From a virus (lineage: Duplodnaviria > Caudoviricetes), in IMG/VR virus record IMGVR_UViG_3300021181_000004: a stretch of 64,000 nt of DNA; one strand, written 5' to 3'. Under the pieces are notes generated by a model. That model searched no databases. It was given only the letters and a program-made list of their open reading frames with translations, and was not told the origin of the DNA. The position numbers were made by a program, and so were the translations under genes. This document shows, piece by piece, positions 48,568 through 58,260 of the stretch; the stretch's first letter is position 1; each line of letters opens with the position of its first letter.

Positions 48568-49539
48568 ATGGATCGCATCTACATTTCAGCCAAACTTAGT
48601 CAATGGATGGACCCAACAACTCACAAAGTTGCAATTTCCCTGCCAGAAATTTTACAACAAACTAACAATTTCTCTGTAAAGAATCGCCCTGGTTGTACTC
48701 CCACATTACAGGATAGTAATCCCCAAGATTTATACCTACAATACAATGTAAAATGCCAACTTTCTACGAGCGACCCGGCTGGTCACGATGTGCGTGTTCA
48801 TTTTGATGTGGATAAGGTTGAGGAAACTAATCAAGCTAAAGATTTAGACATTCGTTGTTCTTGTTCCTGCCCGGCGTTTCTGTATTGGGGAGCTCAATGG
48901 AATCTTCACCAACGGGACGGCCTGGAGGGAGAGCCGCGCCCAATACTTGCGCCTCCCACAGAACGATTAGATCTACGCTCGCATTTTGTTATCTGCAAAC
49001 ATTGCAAATCCGTAATGGAACGCATCCTGCCCGCTGTGCAGCACAATATTGTTAACATTCTTCGTGAAAAAGAAGTTGCAGAAAAGAAACAAAAGGAAGA
49101 GCAAGAGCCCGGACGTCTTAAGCATGAACAGGATCGCATGCGTCGTAAACAAGTGATCGACAAGATCAGAAAGACAAAGAATAAGAAGCTCCAAGAAAAG
49201 ATGCTTGAGCAATTAAAACTTCAAGAAGAGGAACAGCTTGAGCACATTCAAGAATTGAATGAGGAAGAGAACAAATCTAAAGGTGTTCCCGAGCAGGCTT
49301 TGCATCATCATGAAGTTCAACGGGATCAGCCCGCTACATTACCAATTCAGGAAGAACATGCAAAAACTCCAAGTTGGATGAAGCTCCCTGGTGTATATCA
49401 ATCCCCAGAAGAGAAGAAGATGTTAGAGGATCTTGAAAAAGAAGAGCTAAAGAAAGAAAATCCGAGCAAAATTAAACAGCTTCTAAATCATCGTAAGCAA
49501 ACTAGCTTAATGGCTGCAGAAATGGCGGGAGATATATAA
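48568..49539 (+). CDS. SWIM-type zinc-finger protein with charged C-terminus
   Basis: CSCSCPAFLYWG...ICKHC. Confidence 0.7.
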   Translation: MDRIYISAKLSQWMDPTTHKVAISLPEILQQTNNFSVKNRPGCTPTLQDSNPQDLYLQYNVKCQLSTSDPAGHDVRVHFDVDKVEETNQAKDLDIRCSCSCPAFLYWGAQWNLHQRDGLEGEPRPILAPPTERLDLRSHFVICKHCKSVMERILPAVQHNIVNILREKEVAEKKQKEEQEPGRLKHEQDRMRRKQVIDKIRKTKNKKLQEKMLEQLKLQEEEQLEHIQELNEEENKSKGVPEQALHHHEVQRDQPATLPIQEEHAKTPSWMKLPGVYQSPEEKKMLEDLEKEELKKENPSKIKQLLNHRKQTSLMAAEMAGDI

Positions 49540-50219
49540 TGTACGCCGAAACTAATGCGCCGTACCCTAACCGGGTTCAACTCGTTCTCGGTCCCACTAA
49601 TAATATTGGCTGGGGCTTATTTTGGGGAGAATATTGGGGCAGCAGCGGTTCTTCGTCAACCACCACTGGCCCATTTTTCCAGAATGGACCTCTGGGCTTG
49701 TTTAACCCAAGTCGCGATCTCCAAGTTTATGCAGACGGACAACTTCTACCAGTGCAGACTTGGTCGTTTGACTCAACTTACAATCGGTATCTTCTCTACA
49801 TGGCTACACAGTTCAATTTGCAAGGAGCAATTCAACTTGTATCCCACATGCCCAATCCTCCATTTCAAAGTGTGGAGACTAACATTATCCCCGGTTTTGC
49901 ACTGTTGGCTAGTTACAGCACACTCGGAGATGGGATCTTATCGGCTTCGATGAATCTTGCGGTAGTGCCTTCCTCAACAATGCCATTTTCTTCAGTGATT
50001 CTAATCTGGAGCACTATAAATGTAGCACAAATTGAGATTACAACACCAGGTAGCCCTCCGCTGTTTAGCACAGGAAAAATTGCGACATCGGGAATCGGCA
50101 TATATCCTGTGTCGGAAGGTTTCGCCTCTACAACTACATTTACAATGAATGGGTACGATGCTCTTGGAAATCCCATAGCAGGACTTCTTCCTGTGTCTGC
50201 AATCTTAACTATCATCTGA
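49539..50219 (+). CDS. Virion structural protein (tail-associated)
   Basis: Beta-rich, Ser/Thr/Gly composition like neighbouring tail genes. Confidence 0.5.
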   Translation: MYAETNAPYPNRVQLVLGPTNNIGWGLFWGEYWGSSGSSSTTTGPFFQNGPLGLFNPSRDLQVYADGQLLPVQTWSFDSTYNRYLLYMATQFNLQGAIQLVSHMPNPPFQSVETNIIPGFALLASYSTLGDGILSASMNLAVVPSSTMPFSSVILIWSTINVAQIEITTPGSPPLFSTGKIATSGIGIYPVSEGFASTTTFTMNGYDALGNPIAGLLPVSAILTII

Positions 50220-50234
50220 TAAATAGAGGCACCA

Positions 50235-51371
50235 ATGATTTCATTTGGACCAAAGATTCCATCACTTTATGTAAGTGCAGCGCAGGGTGACAATTACTAC
50301 ACTGTAGGTGAAGCTCTACTTCGTGCTTTGCAGACTCTTTTGCAAGCAAATGTCATCAGTGTGGTATTATCCACCCCTCCTTCTTCGCCTAACAATGGGA
50401 ATACTTATGTAGTGGGTACGAGTCCAACAGGAGTTTGGGCTGGACAAGCCGATAATTTAGCCTATTGGTCTACTGATAATCCAACAGCTCCTTCTGGAGA
50501 ATGGGAGTTTTATTCACCTCTTGCGGGATGGATTGTTGGCAACCAAGCCAATGGTCAGGCATATATTTATACGGGGTCAACTTGGGTCCAAATTGGGCCT
50601 AGCACCTCGTTTGCGAACCTTACCAGTGGTGTCAACAATTCCGCTGATATGACTGTGGCCAGTGGTGGGGTATTGACGTTTTCTGGGTCTGGTCAGATTA
50701 ATGCTAATGCAATTTCTGGGATTGTTTCAAATGGTGCTGCGCCGTCCACTGGCATGATTTTGGCAGCAGTAAGTCCCACAACAATGGGTTGGGTGAGCCC
50801 CACCTTTGCAACTCTAACAAGCGGCGTCAATACCTCCGCTACTATGACGGTTGGCCCCGGTGCGAAACTTACCTTTAGTGGTGCAGGTTCCCCACCGTCA
50901 GAAGGTGAGGTTAATGCCAATTTCTTGTACGGCATTCAGATAAATAGCACAGCGCCAACCGCAGGTCAAATATTGACCGCCGTAAGTTCTACAGTGGCTG
51001 GCTGGGTAAATGCAGCTCAAGATATTCCATTTTATCAACCGGGGACATACACTGCTAATCAACAGTTGCTGAGAATTTCATTAACAAGAGCAGCAACATA
51101 CCCCGCAGGATTAACAGGTTCATTGGCCACTTGTGATGTTGCACCCACAGGAAGTGTGCAGATTACTATCTATAAGGGAACCGCAACGTCACTCGGATCT
51201 GCTGTTGGTACGATAAACTTTGCGGCTTCATCTCAAGTTGGAACATTCACTTTAGCTTCCCCTCTTAGTATCAATGGCACAAGCGATGTGCTGTACTTTG
51301 TTGCACCGTCTTCTCCCGATGCGACGTTTGCCGGGGCGAGTGCAACACTTCACGGGTCTCGCAGCAATTAA
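50235..51371 (+). CDS. Tail fibre-like protein with DUF2793-like N-terminal domain
   Basis: PPSSPNNGNTYVVGTSPTGVWAGQADNLAYW...WEFYSPLAGW; internal repeat FANLTSGVN/FATLTSGVN. Confidence 0.7.
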   Translation: MISFGPKIPSLYVSAAQGDNYYTVGEALLRALQTLLQANVISVVLSTPPSSPNNGNTYVVGTSPTGVWAGQADNLAYWSTDNPTAPSGEWEFYSPLAGWIVGNQANGQAYIYTGSTWVQIGPSTSFANLTSGVNNSADMTVASGGVLTFSGSGQINANAISGIVSNGAAPSTGMILAAVSPTTMGWVSPTFATLTSGVNTSATMTVGPGAKLTFSGAGSPPSEGEVNANFLYGIQINSTAPTAGQILTAVSSTVAGWVNAAQDIPFYQPGTYTANQQLLRISLTRAATYPAGLTGSLATCDVAPTGSVQITIYKGTATSLGSAVGTINFAASSQVGTFTLASPLSINGTSDVLYFVAPSSPDATFAGASATLHGSRSN

Positions 51372-52133
51372 ATGTTTACACTGGTTAACAAAACGATCTA
51401 TCAAAATCCGGGTAATGTTTTCACCCACACTGTGACACTTGTTAACCCGGCCAGTGTCAACAATCTTTTATTGATTGTTACGACTAGACCGAATCAAAAC
51501 TTATTTTCCAGCACAACCGTCAGTAATGCTCAGCCTGTAACAGGCTTTCAGCCTTTAATCATAGCATCTGCGGGAGGAACTGCTCCGCCGTGGCCCTCAA
51601 CATGCCCGGCTATGAATTCTTATGCGATAGTAGTTTCAAGCACCATCACTAGCGTTAGCTTCAGTCCTAGCATTGGAAATAATCCTGCTTCCATAGCAGT
51701 TTACGAATTTTCCTGCACTGATGCTGTAGATTCCCTTTCCAATAACGTCTTCCCCCCGATATTCGCTGGAGGTAATAGCATGGTTAGCTCGATAAATTCG
51801 GGCGGTGTAGCAGAAGGAAATGCTGAACTAGATAGCAATCTGTATTTTGGTATGATGTTCACAGGCTCAGTTGGAGAGTTTAGCGGTTTTCCTTCAAACT
51901 TTAATGTAGACCTGTTTTCTCATGGAACTCCATCAGGAGGATCCCCTCCACCTACTGACCCAAATAGTATGGCGGTAGGCTGGTACATTGGGAATGGAAC
52001 ACAAAGTTTTTCGGCAAACATTAGTCCCAATGATTTTTCTGCTGTTATCCTTGGAGGTTTGTTTGATGATTCCACTGGGTCACCTCCACTACCCCCGTCT
52101 GTAGTACGCCCAAGCGTGTTTTTTGTTCAATAA
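51372..52133 (+). CDS. Tail fibre accessory / structural protein
   Basis: Abuts the fibre gene; beta-sandwich-like composition. Confidence 0.5.
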   Translation: MFTLVNKTIYQNPGNVFTHTVTLVNPASVNNLLLIVTTRPNQNLFSSTTVSNAQPVTGFQPLIIASAGGTAPPWPSTCPAMNSYAIVVSSTITSVSFSPSIGNNPASIAVYEFSCTDAVDSLSNNVFPPIFAGGNSMVSSINSGGVAEGNAELDSNLYFGMMFTGSVGEFSGFPSNFNVDLFSHGTPSGGSPPPTDPNSMAVGWYIGNGTQSFSANISPNDFSAVILGGLFDDSTGSPPLPPSVVRPSVFFVQ

Positions 52134-52208
52134 TACAGTAAGATAGCATAAATCGCAACTACCAGATATTTCAATAGAACACACTTTTCCGTGTGAGGAG
52201 CTAACCAT

Positions 52209-52451
52209 ATGGCCGCAGAAACAGTTAAGAAAATCGCAGCAGCTGACGCAGGAGTGATCAACTCATTGTACGCCAGTGAAGTTACCCGTCTTGCAAAATC
52301 CGCAGGTGAGGTCGACACCAAAGAAGAAGGTCCAACCCCGGCTGACGCACAAGCGTTTAAGGATCACGAGGATTACATAAGCACTCTTGAAAGCGTAATG
52401 GCTGATGATAAGAAAAATAGTCTAAATGCCAATGATGCTCTGATTGACTAA
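52209..52451 (+). CDS. Small head protein candidate
   Basis: GAGGAG RBS; VKKIAAAD. Confidence 0.55.
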   Translation: MAAETVKKIAAADAGVINSLYASEVTRLAKSAGEVDTKEEGPTPADAQAFKDHEDYISTLESVMADDKKNSLNANDALID

Positions 52452-52476
52452 TCTTTTAGAATGAAGGGATTAGCAA

Positions 52477-55400
52477 GTGCCTACCATTACTCTAGAAGAC
52501 ATCCTCACCAATAAAGCGAAAGATAAAATGAAGGCTTCTACTGATTTGTCCAAAATCGCTCGTTTGTTTGAGGCGGGATCCATCATTTCCGATGCAAACG
52601 GCAGCATGTTTCGGGTGCGGGCAAAAACTGCCGGGCCAGGAGGGGTTGTCTTCAAACTTGCAGACATGCAAGGTAAGCCAGTTCCTACCCCTACTGATTT
52701 TCATCCTATCAATCATTACGCGGCAAAACTAGCGAAGTGGATGCGTTTTGTAGTTGCCTACAATGCGGATTGGGATCAGTACGTAAAGGAGTACATCCGA
52801 GCAGCTGGTCTCCCGGTAGATGAATCCTACAATTGGGCAAAGTGGTTTCAAGCTAAATTCCTCCCTAAACTTAAAGGTGATGATGAGGTAAAAGATGAAG
52901 CGATTCATCACACAATCGTCACGGCTCTTGCTCACCGCAAAGCTCTAGATCCAAACAATCCCTCGGGGTTTCAGAATGTCATCAAACGGTTCCCAGCGGG
53001 TGTCCAAAGTCTCCCACTAGAAAAACAGGTCACACAATTCCTGCTGACCCTGTTTAGTGGTCGTGTGCAAGAAGCCAATCAATTTATTGATAAAGTCCAG
53101 CGCCCGGATAGTGATTCTATAAGCGAGCCAACCAAGGATGACCCCAACGAAAATGGACGCAATGCTATTGATGTTCAGAACTATGCCACTCCATCTGGCG
53201 AACAAGCAACCAATTTTCGCATGGATATGGCAAAGTTCAGTAAGGCATTCGCTGGCTGGCTCCGCAAAAACGAGCATGGAGAAGCTGCAGTAAACTATCT
53301 CCATCTGTTGAACGCCGTAATCTATTTCGTTTTACATGCGAAGCAGGAACCTAAGATCAGTGACATCAGTCCATTGTGGAGTCGGTTGACTCAGAATGAG
53401 AAGCATCCTAAGGGTCTGGGTTTTGATTCTTTGAAGACATATTGGGGTAAGTTTGCCCAATTGGTGAAGAAGTTTGTTGAAGATTCTGCTGGAGAGTTAG
53501 AAGACAATCCTCTGGTAGCAATTGTGGAACGCATGCCCGATGTTAACAAGGCTATGCCAGCCAAAGCTTCGTCATTGCTGAAAGGCTTGAAAGTTGCGGA
53601 CGTGGAGCAATGTTCAGCTAATGAGTTTTGTCCTCAATGTCATGCTGATGCGGAACATTGCAAGTGCCCCAATAAAGAGAGTCTCCTTGATGGAAAAACT
53701 ACAGGAGATCATGAGGCAGCGGGCTTTGGAGAGAACAGTGACGGTCAGATCATTCAAGCCTATTGCCCACTCTGCGGTAGCTCTCCTGTATATCAAGAAG
53801 ACCCGGCAGCAGGTGCTCCTACGCCGTACTATTGCCATTTCTGTAATCGTGGTTTTGATCAACCTAAGCCTCTGATCCCTGGTCACAGTTATGATCCTGA
53901 GCGTCTGAACAAGAAAGGCGAAGTGGACGCTGGTGGAGCAAAGTACGTGGGTGACAATGATCCAGAGAAGATGGGTGGGAAGACTGCAGACGACGTAAGT
54001 GGGGACTTCTCCGAAGCCAAAGCTGAGGTTGTCTCTCCTGACACGGTGGATAATGACATCAAGCAATCAACTGAACCTATCGAGAAGCAGGGTAGTGAAT
54101 CTCTGGGTATAGGCGATTTAGTAGAACTCATGGGGCAAACTTATGAGATTGGTTTTATTAAACAGGATAATGCTAAACTACAAAATCCCAATACTCATGA
54201 ACGTATTTCACAAGGTTATGCTTCAAACTGGATTCCTTTAAAAAATCTTCATTTTATAAAGAAGTATAATCCAGAAGCTGACCGTACAAAGCAGGGCCGA
54301 CTTGACACTCCTGCTGTGACTTCAGATCCTGCACGTGCTCCTGGTGTGGAAGGAGATTTTGCTCAGGCTAAATCGAATACAGTTTCTGTGGATACAATCG
54401 ATAAAGATATTCACCAACGTACTGTATCCCCGGCTGAAGCAGCCAAGGTTGCGTCTCAGGGCGGACACCCGCAATCCTGTTGGGGATGTGGTCCTGACTG
54501 GAGTCATCGCTGGCAGGAAGAAGATCTCGCTGCTGTAAAAATTGAAGGCGAGACTTATCGCATCTGCCCTGATTGTATTGAAGATGTAGGGCCAGAGAAT
54601 CTAGAATTCGACAATACCCCTGATGAAGGATCTGATGTATCCGTATCCATAGACAGTTTGAGGCCACGTGAAAGCGCCATGGAAAAAGAGGCAGGGCCGT
54701 TTGATCTTCAAAATTCTCCGAGTGATTATAGCAAGGGTGCTCCGAGCAATGAAGGTCCAGATGAAAATCCCAACGAATGCCCGGAATGTGAACACGAGCT
54801 GCCCCATGATCCACGCTACGGTTGTGAACACGAGTTTGGGGACATGCCTGGTGGAGAAGGCGATTTCGGACCTTATGGTGCTCAAGCTCGCGGGCCGTGT
54901 GGTTGTATGTATGGTATCAAGACAGGCAGTATGCGTCTGGCAGCTCTAAAGACCGCAGTTCTTCCTCACGAGTTTACTAATGGTATCCGCTCACAGACCA
55001 ATGTGCAGGATACTGGAAGGCTGGAGGGGGATACAGGGCCACAATCTCCAAGTGAACGTGATCCTAATTGGCGAGTTACTGGTGCAGAATGGGATCCAGA
55101 CACCAAATCATATTCTCATCCTGACAATTGCTCGGAGTGTGGTGGTTCGGGTGTGAAATCAGCTCCTCCCGCAGCCGCCGATACAACTTTCCAGGGTGCA
55201 GGTCCATGCCCCGTATGCCAGGGCAGTGGAAAGATAGATAAAAAAGGTGCAGCGGCTCCTCCCTCCAACCCCGGCGTTGGTGGCGCAGCGGGCTTGACGC
55301 CGAATCAGAATCCAAACGCAAATATTCCCAATCAGAAGCAAGCTCCTCCCGTACCCTCTGATCTGGAAGAGAGAATGGACGTTTTGGAACAATCAAAAGA

Positions 55401-56475
55401 GAAGCATACTGTCCCACCCGATCTTCCGTTCTCAAAACTCCATCTGCAATCGTTGAAAACAAAGGTGCAGGCAGCGAGCATGATTGTAGCAGGCGCGAAC
55501 CGTGATATCATCAAGAAGCTTGAAGATGCAATGATTTTCGATCGCGTGGGTTGGTCTGGGAAGTTTCAAGAGTACATCTGCAAAGAAACCTATTTCTACA
55601 CTCATGGGCGGAACGAAGACAAGCTGGCTGAGGCGGTCAAGCGCCTCATCCCTGAGGCAGTGATTACAAGTGCTCGTAACTATTGGCATTCATGGCCTAA
55701 AGAAAGCTATTGGGAAGTTCGTTTCAAAGTTCCACCGAATTCTGAAAACACCACTCCGGCAACTACGGAAACCAATGAACAGGAGACAGTTATGGCAGAA
55801 CCCAAGACTCAAGGTGCAGTTGCTTCGCAGAAACGAGCATCTGTCCTCGAAAAAATTAAGGCTCGCAGGACGGCAAAGGATAATGCTAAATGGGCACAGC
55901 TCCGCCGTGTAGCAGATGAGAATTCCCCCCAGGCGGCTGAGGCATTAGATCAGCTTGCGCAAGCGTTTGGTGAGCTTGCAGACCGCGTAGATGCTTTCCG
56001 TGAGAATTTGGATCTAGTTGATGCCCCGGTCACTGCATCTCTAAAGACTCGTATTGCTGCGAAGCGTGCATTGGGAACTCGTTTGAAGAAATATGCTGAA
56101 GAAAGTCCGCAGATTCTAGCAGATGCTGTGAACGAATTATTCAAATCCCTGGACGAAGTTGCTGCAGGTGTAGAAGCATTTGCTGATAACATGGGGATCG
56201 AACTCAATATGACCCCGGTAGAAGAAGCTTTTGTAGATGAAGGCCAAGCTGAAATCGAACATGGGGAAGAGATGGGCGAAGAAATGGCTGGTGGTGAAGA
56301 AAGTGAAGGAGCACTATCCCAAATACATGGTGACTTCGGACATTCAGTAGAAGCGAATTCCGGCTCCGGCGCGAAAGGTTGGACAAACGATCGCGATGAA
56401 TCTGGGCAGCCAAAGTCACCTACCAAGGTAGACCAGATGCCTACGACTTCCCAAGGTCAGACACCGCCGAAGTAA
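52477..56475 (+). CDS. Large modular internal head protein candidate, K-x-A segmented, several zinc ribbons
   Basis: 1332 aa; KTA/KVA/KEA/KLA sites; CxxC modules; duplicated GDF..AK...VS.DT.D.DI motif. Confidence 0.65.
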   Translation: MPTITLEDILTNKAKDKMKASTDLSKIARLFEAGSIISDANGSMFRVRAKTAGPGGVVFKLADMQGKPVPTPTDFHPINHYAAKLAKWMRFVVAYNADWDQYVKEYIRAAGLPVDESYNWAKWFQAKFLPKLKGDDEVKDEAIHHTIVTALAHRKALDPNNPSGFQNVIKRFPAGVQSLPLEKQVTQFLLTLFSGRVQEANQFIDKVQRPDSDSISEPTKDDPNENGRNAIDVQNYATPSGEQATNFRMDMAKFSKAFAGWLRKNEHGEAAVNYLHLLNAVIYFVLHAKQEPKISDISPLWSRLTQNEKHPKGLGFDSLKTYWGKFAQLVKKFVEDSAGELEDNPLVAIVERMPDVNKAMPAKASSLLKGLKVADVEQCSANEFCPQCHADAEHCKCPNKESLLDGKTTGDHEAAGFGENSDGQIIQAYCPLCGSSPVYQEDPAAGAPTPYYCHFCNRGFDQPKPLIPGHSYDPERLNKKGEVDAGGAKYVGDNDPEKMGGKTADDVSGDFSEAKAEVVSPDTVDNDIKQSTEPIEKQGSESLGIGDLVELMGQTYEIGFIKQDNAKLQNPNTHERISQGYASNWIPLKNLHFIKKYNPEADRTKQGRLDTPAVTSDPARAPGVEGDFAQAKSNTVSVDTIDKDIHQRTVSPAEAAKVASQGGHPQSCWGCGPDWSHRWQEEDLAAVKIEGETYRICPDCIEDVGPENLEFDNTPDEGSDVSVSIDSLRPRESAMEKEAGPFDLQNSPSDYSKGAPSNEGPDENPNECPECEHELPHDPRYGCEHEFGDMPGGEGDFGPYGAQARGPCGCMYGIKTGSMRLAALKTAVLPHEFTNGIRSQTNVQDTGRLEGDTGPQSPSERDPNWRVTGAEWDPDTKSYSHPDNCSECGGSGVKSAPPAAADTTFQGAGPCPVCQGSGKIDKKGAAAPPSNPGVGGAAGLTPNQNPNANIPNQKQAPPVPSDLEERMDVLEQSKEKHTVPPDLPFSKLHLQSLKTKVQAASMIVAGANRDIIKKLEDAMIFDRVGWSGKFQEYICKETYFYTHGRNEDKLAEAVKRLIPEAVITSARNYWHSWPKESYWEVRFKVPPNSENTTPATTETNEQETVMAEPKTQGAVASQKRASVLEKIKARRTAKDNAKWAQLRRVADENSPQAAEALDQLAQAFGELADRVDAFRENLDLVDAPVTASLKTRIAAKRALGTRLKKYAEESPQILADAVNELFKSLDEVAAGVEAFADNMGIELNMTPVEEAFVDEGQAEIEHGEEMGEEMAGGEESEGALSQIHGDFGHSVEANSGSGAKGWTNDRDESGQPKSPTKVDQMPTTSQGQTPPK
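52742..52791 (+). repeat. 50-bp inverted repeat, copy 1
   Basis: 49/50 identical to reverse complement of 56705-56754. Confidence 0.95.
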
Positions 56476-56755
56476 CTTGACTTAGCGTATCTACGAATTG
56501 TTTGGCCTCTGAAGTAACTTGACTTAGCGTATCTACGAATTGTTTGGCCTCAAGCAAACCAGCAGCAGTTATTTCACGAACTAATTTGATAGCCGGGATA
56601 TTACCTTCATTCAGTAATGTGCGTCTGATTCCTAGCAGTTGATTTTTGGTAAGATCAGAGATAGAATTTGCACGGCCAAGATTAAATGCCAGTAGTGAGA
56701 CTTGCTCCTTTACGTACTGATCCCAATCCGCATTGTAGGCAACCACAAAACGCAC
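56441..56755 (-). CDS. Ribosomal protein bL12 C-terminal-domain-like protein (5' end disturbed)
   Basis: IPAIKLVREITAAGLLEAKQFVD matches the L7/L12 CTD motif; N-terminus is the repeat copy. Confidence 0.65.
   Translation of the reverse strand: MRFVVAYNADWDQYVKEQVSLLAFNLGRANSISDLTKNQLLGIRRTLLNEGNIPAIKLVREITAAGLLEAKQFVDTLSQVTSEAKQFVDTLSQVTSAVSDLGKS
56469..56551. repeat. 42-bp tandem duplication
   Basis: GAAGTAACTTGACTTAGCGTATCTACGAATTGTTTGGCCTC(T) twice, no spacer. Confidence 0.95.
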
Positions 56756-56891
56756 TACGCCCTTCGTCTACACCACGCTCGAAGGCGTCGCGCATAGCAG
56801 CCTGCATCTGTGTTATCAACACATTCTGTATGGTTTCAGACATCCAATTGAAGCTGCGAACAAGCTCGCAGAATTCATCGTGACGATTCAT
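56682..56891 (-). CDS. Hypothetical protein, possibly the interrupted 5' part of the bL12-like gene
   Basis: GGAG RBS and motif promoter; after DEGR it reads through the repeat copy out of frame. Confidence 0.5.
   Translation of the reverse strand: MNRHDEFCELVRSFNWMSETIQNVLITQMQAAMRDAFERGVDEGRSAFCGCLQCGLGSVRKGASLTTGI
56705..56754 (-). repeat. 50-bp inverted repeat, copy 2
   Basis: Reverse complement of 52742-52791 with one mismatch (GTA/GTG). Confidence 0.95.
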
Positions 56892-56906
56892 TTGTTTTCT
56901 CCAATT

Positions 56907-57650
56907 CTATTCTACTGCTGCCATAGCCAACTCGGGTAACTTCAACTCGGGTACTTCAACCGGAGGCTGCAATTGATGAACAGGTACAATATCGATCAGC
57001 TTATCCGCCTTGTGCCCGTTACAAATAGAACACATGGTCTGATAGTTGCTCATGATGTCTAAACCGCCCTTGGCTCGAGGTATGATGTGATCTTTGGTCA
57101 TCAGCACTTCTTGCAAACCGCCGTCGGGCAAAAGTTTTAGTGCATACATGTTTAGATGCCAAGAGGATTGTTCCGTGTTCATTGCTCGGTACTCAGTCGT
57201 GTGACGATGGCCGTTTTCAGTCGGAATTTTAACCATCTTAGCACTACGCTCTTTGGCAAAGTATAATCCTTCCAGCCCACAACGAACACAGAAGTAGTTC
57301 TGACGGAACAGAAAGTATCTTTGAGATACCAACCTGATCCAGTCACCGTTGAATTCTCGTTTTTGATAAAGAAAGTTGAAGACATCTTCTCGATTGAAGA
57401 TACCATCGCGTTCATAGCCGCCCGTAAATCCTGTAAATTTCAAAAGGAATTGACCAAAGCAGGGTTTGACATTGGCTTGCTTGGGCCAGGGTGGGAATTG
57501 AATGCTCAACTGCCGCCAGCGCGGTGGGTTTGGAAATAAAAGAAACTGAATGGGATCAGGCCGCGTCGGGAGGGCCACTCTCCGTTGCTTCTTGCTTTTT
57601 TGTTGCGGCAAGACTATTTTGTTGCCGCGCTTCTTGTGCTTGTTAGACAT
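56907..57650 (-). CDS. HNH endonuclease
   Basis: CVRCG...MTKDHIIPRAKGG...NYQTMCSICNGHKAD. Confidence 0.85.
   Translation of the reverse strand: MSNKHKKRGNKIVLPQQKSKKQRRVALPTRPDPIQFLLFPNPPRWRQLSIQFPPWPKQANVKPCFGQFLLKFTGFTGGYERDGIFNREDVFNFLYQKREFNGDWIRLVSQRYFLFRQNYFCVRCGLEGLYFAKERSAKMVKIPTENGHRHTTEYRAMNTEQSSWHLNMYALKLLPDGGLQEVLMTKDHIIPRAKGGLDIMSNYQTMCSICNGHKADKLIDIVPVHQLQPPVEVPELKLPELAMAAVE
56909..56938 (-). promoter_or_regulatory. TACCCG-N17-GTAGWAT class promoter
   Basis: TACCCG-N17-GTAGAAT upstream of 56891. Confidence 0.65.
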
Positions 57651-57752
57651 TTCCCTAGCTTCGGCAAGAACCCATCACGGTTCTTCGTGAACGTTTGTTC
57701 AGTTCGCACTGAATTCTCTCGGTGGGACTTATGCTTGTAAATCTTGTGCTCA

Positions 57753-58226
57753 TTAGAGTGAAGCCGCCGCAGACTTGGATTGAATTTTGGATTCGAGGGC
57801 GGCAACCTTGGCTCTTAGTTCCTCGTAGCTCATCTTCTTTTCTGAGATCACCTGAAATGGCTTGTCCCACCGACCGATGTGAATGTAGGCGTAGTGACCA
57901 ACATTGAAGTAATCGGACATAATGTCCGACTTGTCCCAGTTGCCGGTATTCATTGCGTCGCGAATCTTTTTGAAGATTTCCAACAGGTCGCCAGAGAATT
58001 GCCCTTCCAGACAGAACTCGTTTAGTTGGATGTAACCATTCGACCAGCTGCTGTGCCCAGAATGGGCTGCAAACAGATCAATCGGGGCGGCCATAATTCG
58101 AAGAGTAATGCTGGAGTGATGAACACTTAGACTGTACTTCCAGTCAGCAGGAATTACTTTCTTCAGCTCGACGACGATTTTTGCTTTCTTCTCCTGATTC
58201 AGGAACGCCATTTGTATTCCCTCCAT
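57753..58226 (-). CDS. Conserved phage protein (LPD29-like)
   Basis: KYSLSVHHSSITLRI...NWDKSDIMSDYFNVGHY..IHIGRWDKPF; GGAGG RBS. Confidence 0.55.
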   Translation of the reverse strand: MEGIQMAFLNQEKKAKIVVELKKVIPADWKYSLSVHHSSITLRIMAAPIDLFAAHSGHSSWSNGYIQLNEFCLEGQFSGDLLEIFKKIRDAMNTGNWDKSDIMSDYFNVGHYAYIHIGRWDKPFQVISEKKMSYEELRAKVAALESKIQSKSAAASL

Positions 58227-58230
58227 TCAC

Positions 58231-58260
58231 ATGCTACGGACGGACGCTGAACTTCGGGTA
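58231..58260 (-). promoter_or_regulatory. TACCCG-N17-GTAGWAT class promoter
   Basis: TACCCG-N17-GTAGCAT. Confidence 0.65.

Noticed and set aside
56469-56551. 42-bp repeat as a CRISPR mini-array
   Set aside because: Two directly abutting copies, no spacer, in frame within a CDS, no cas genes.
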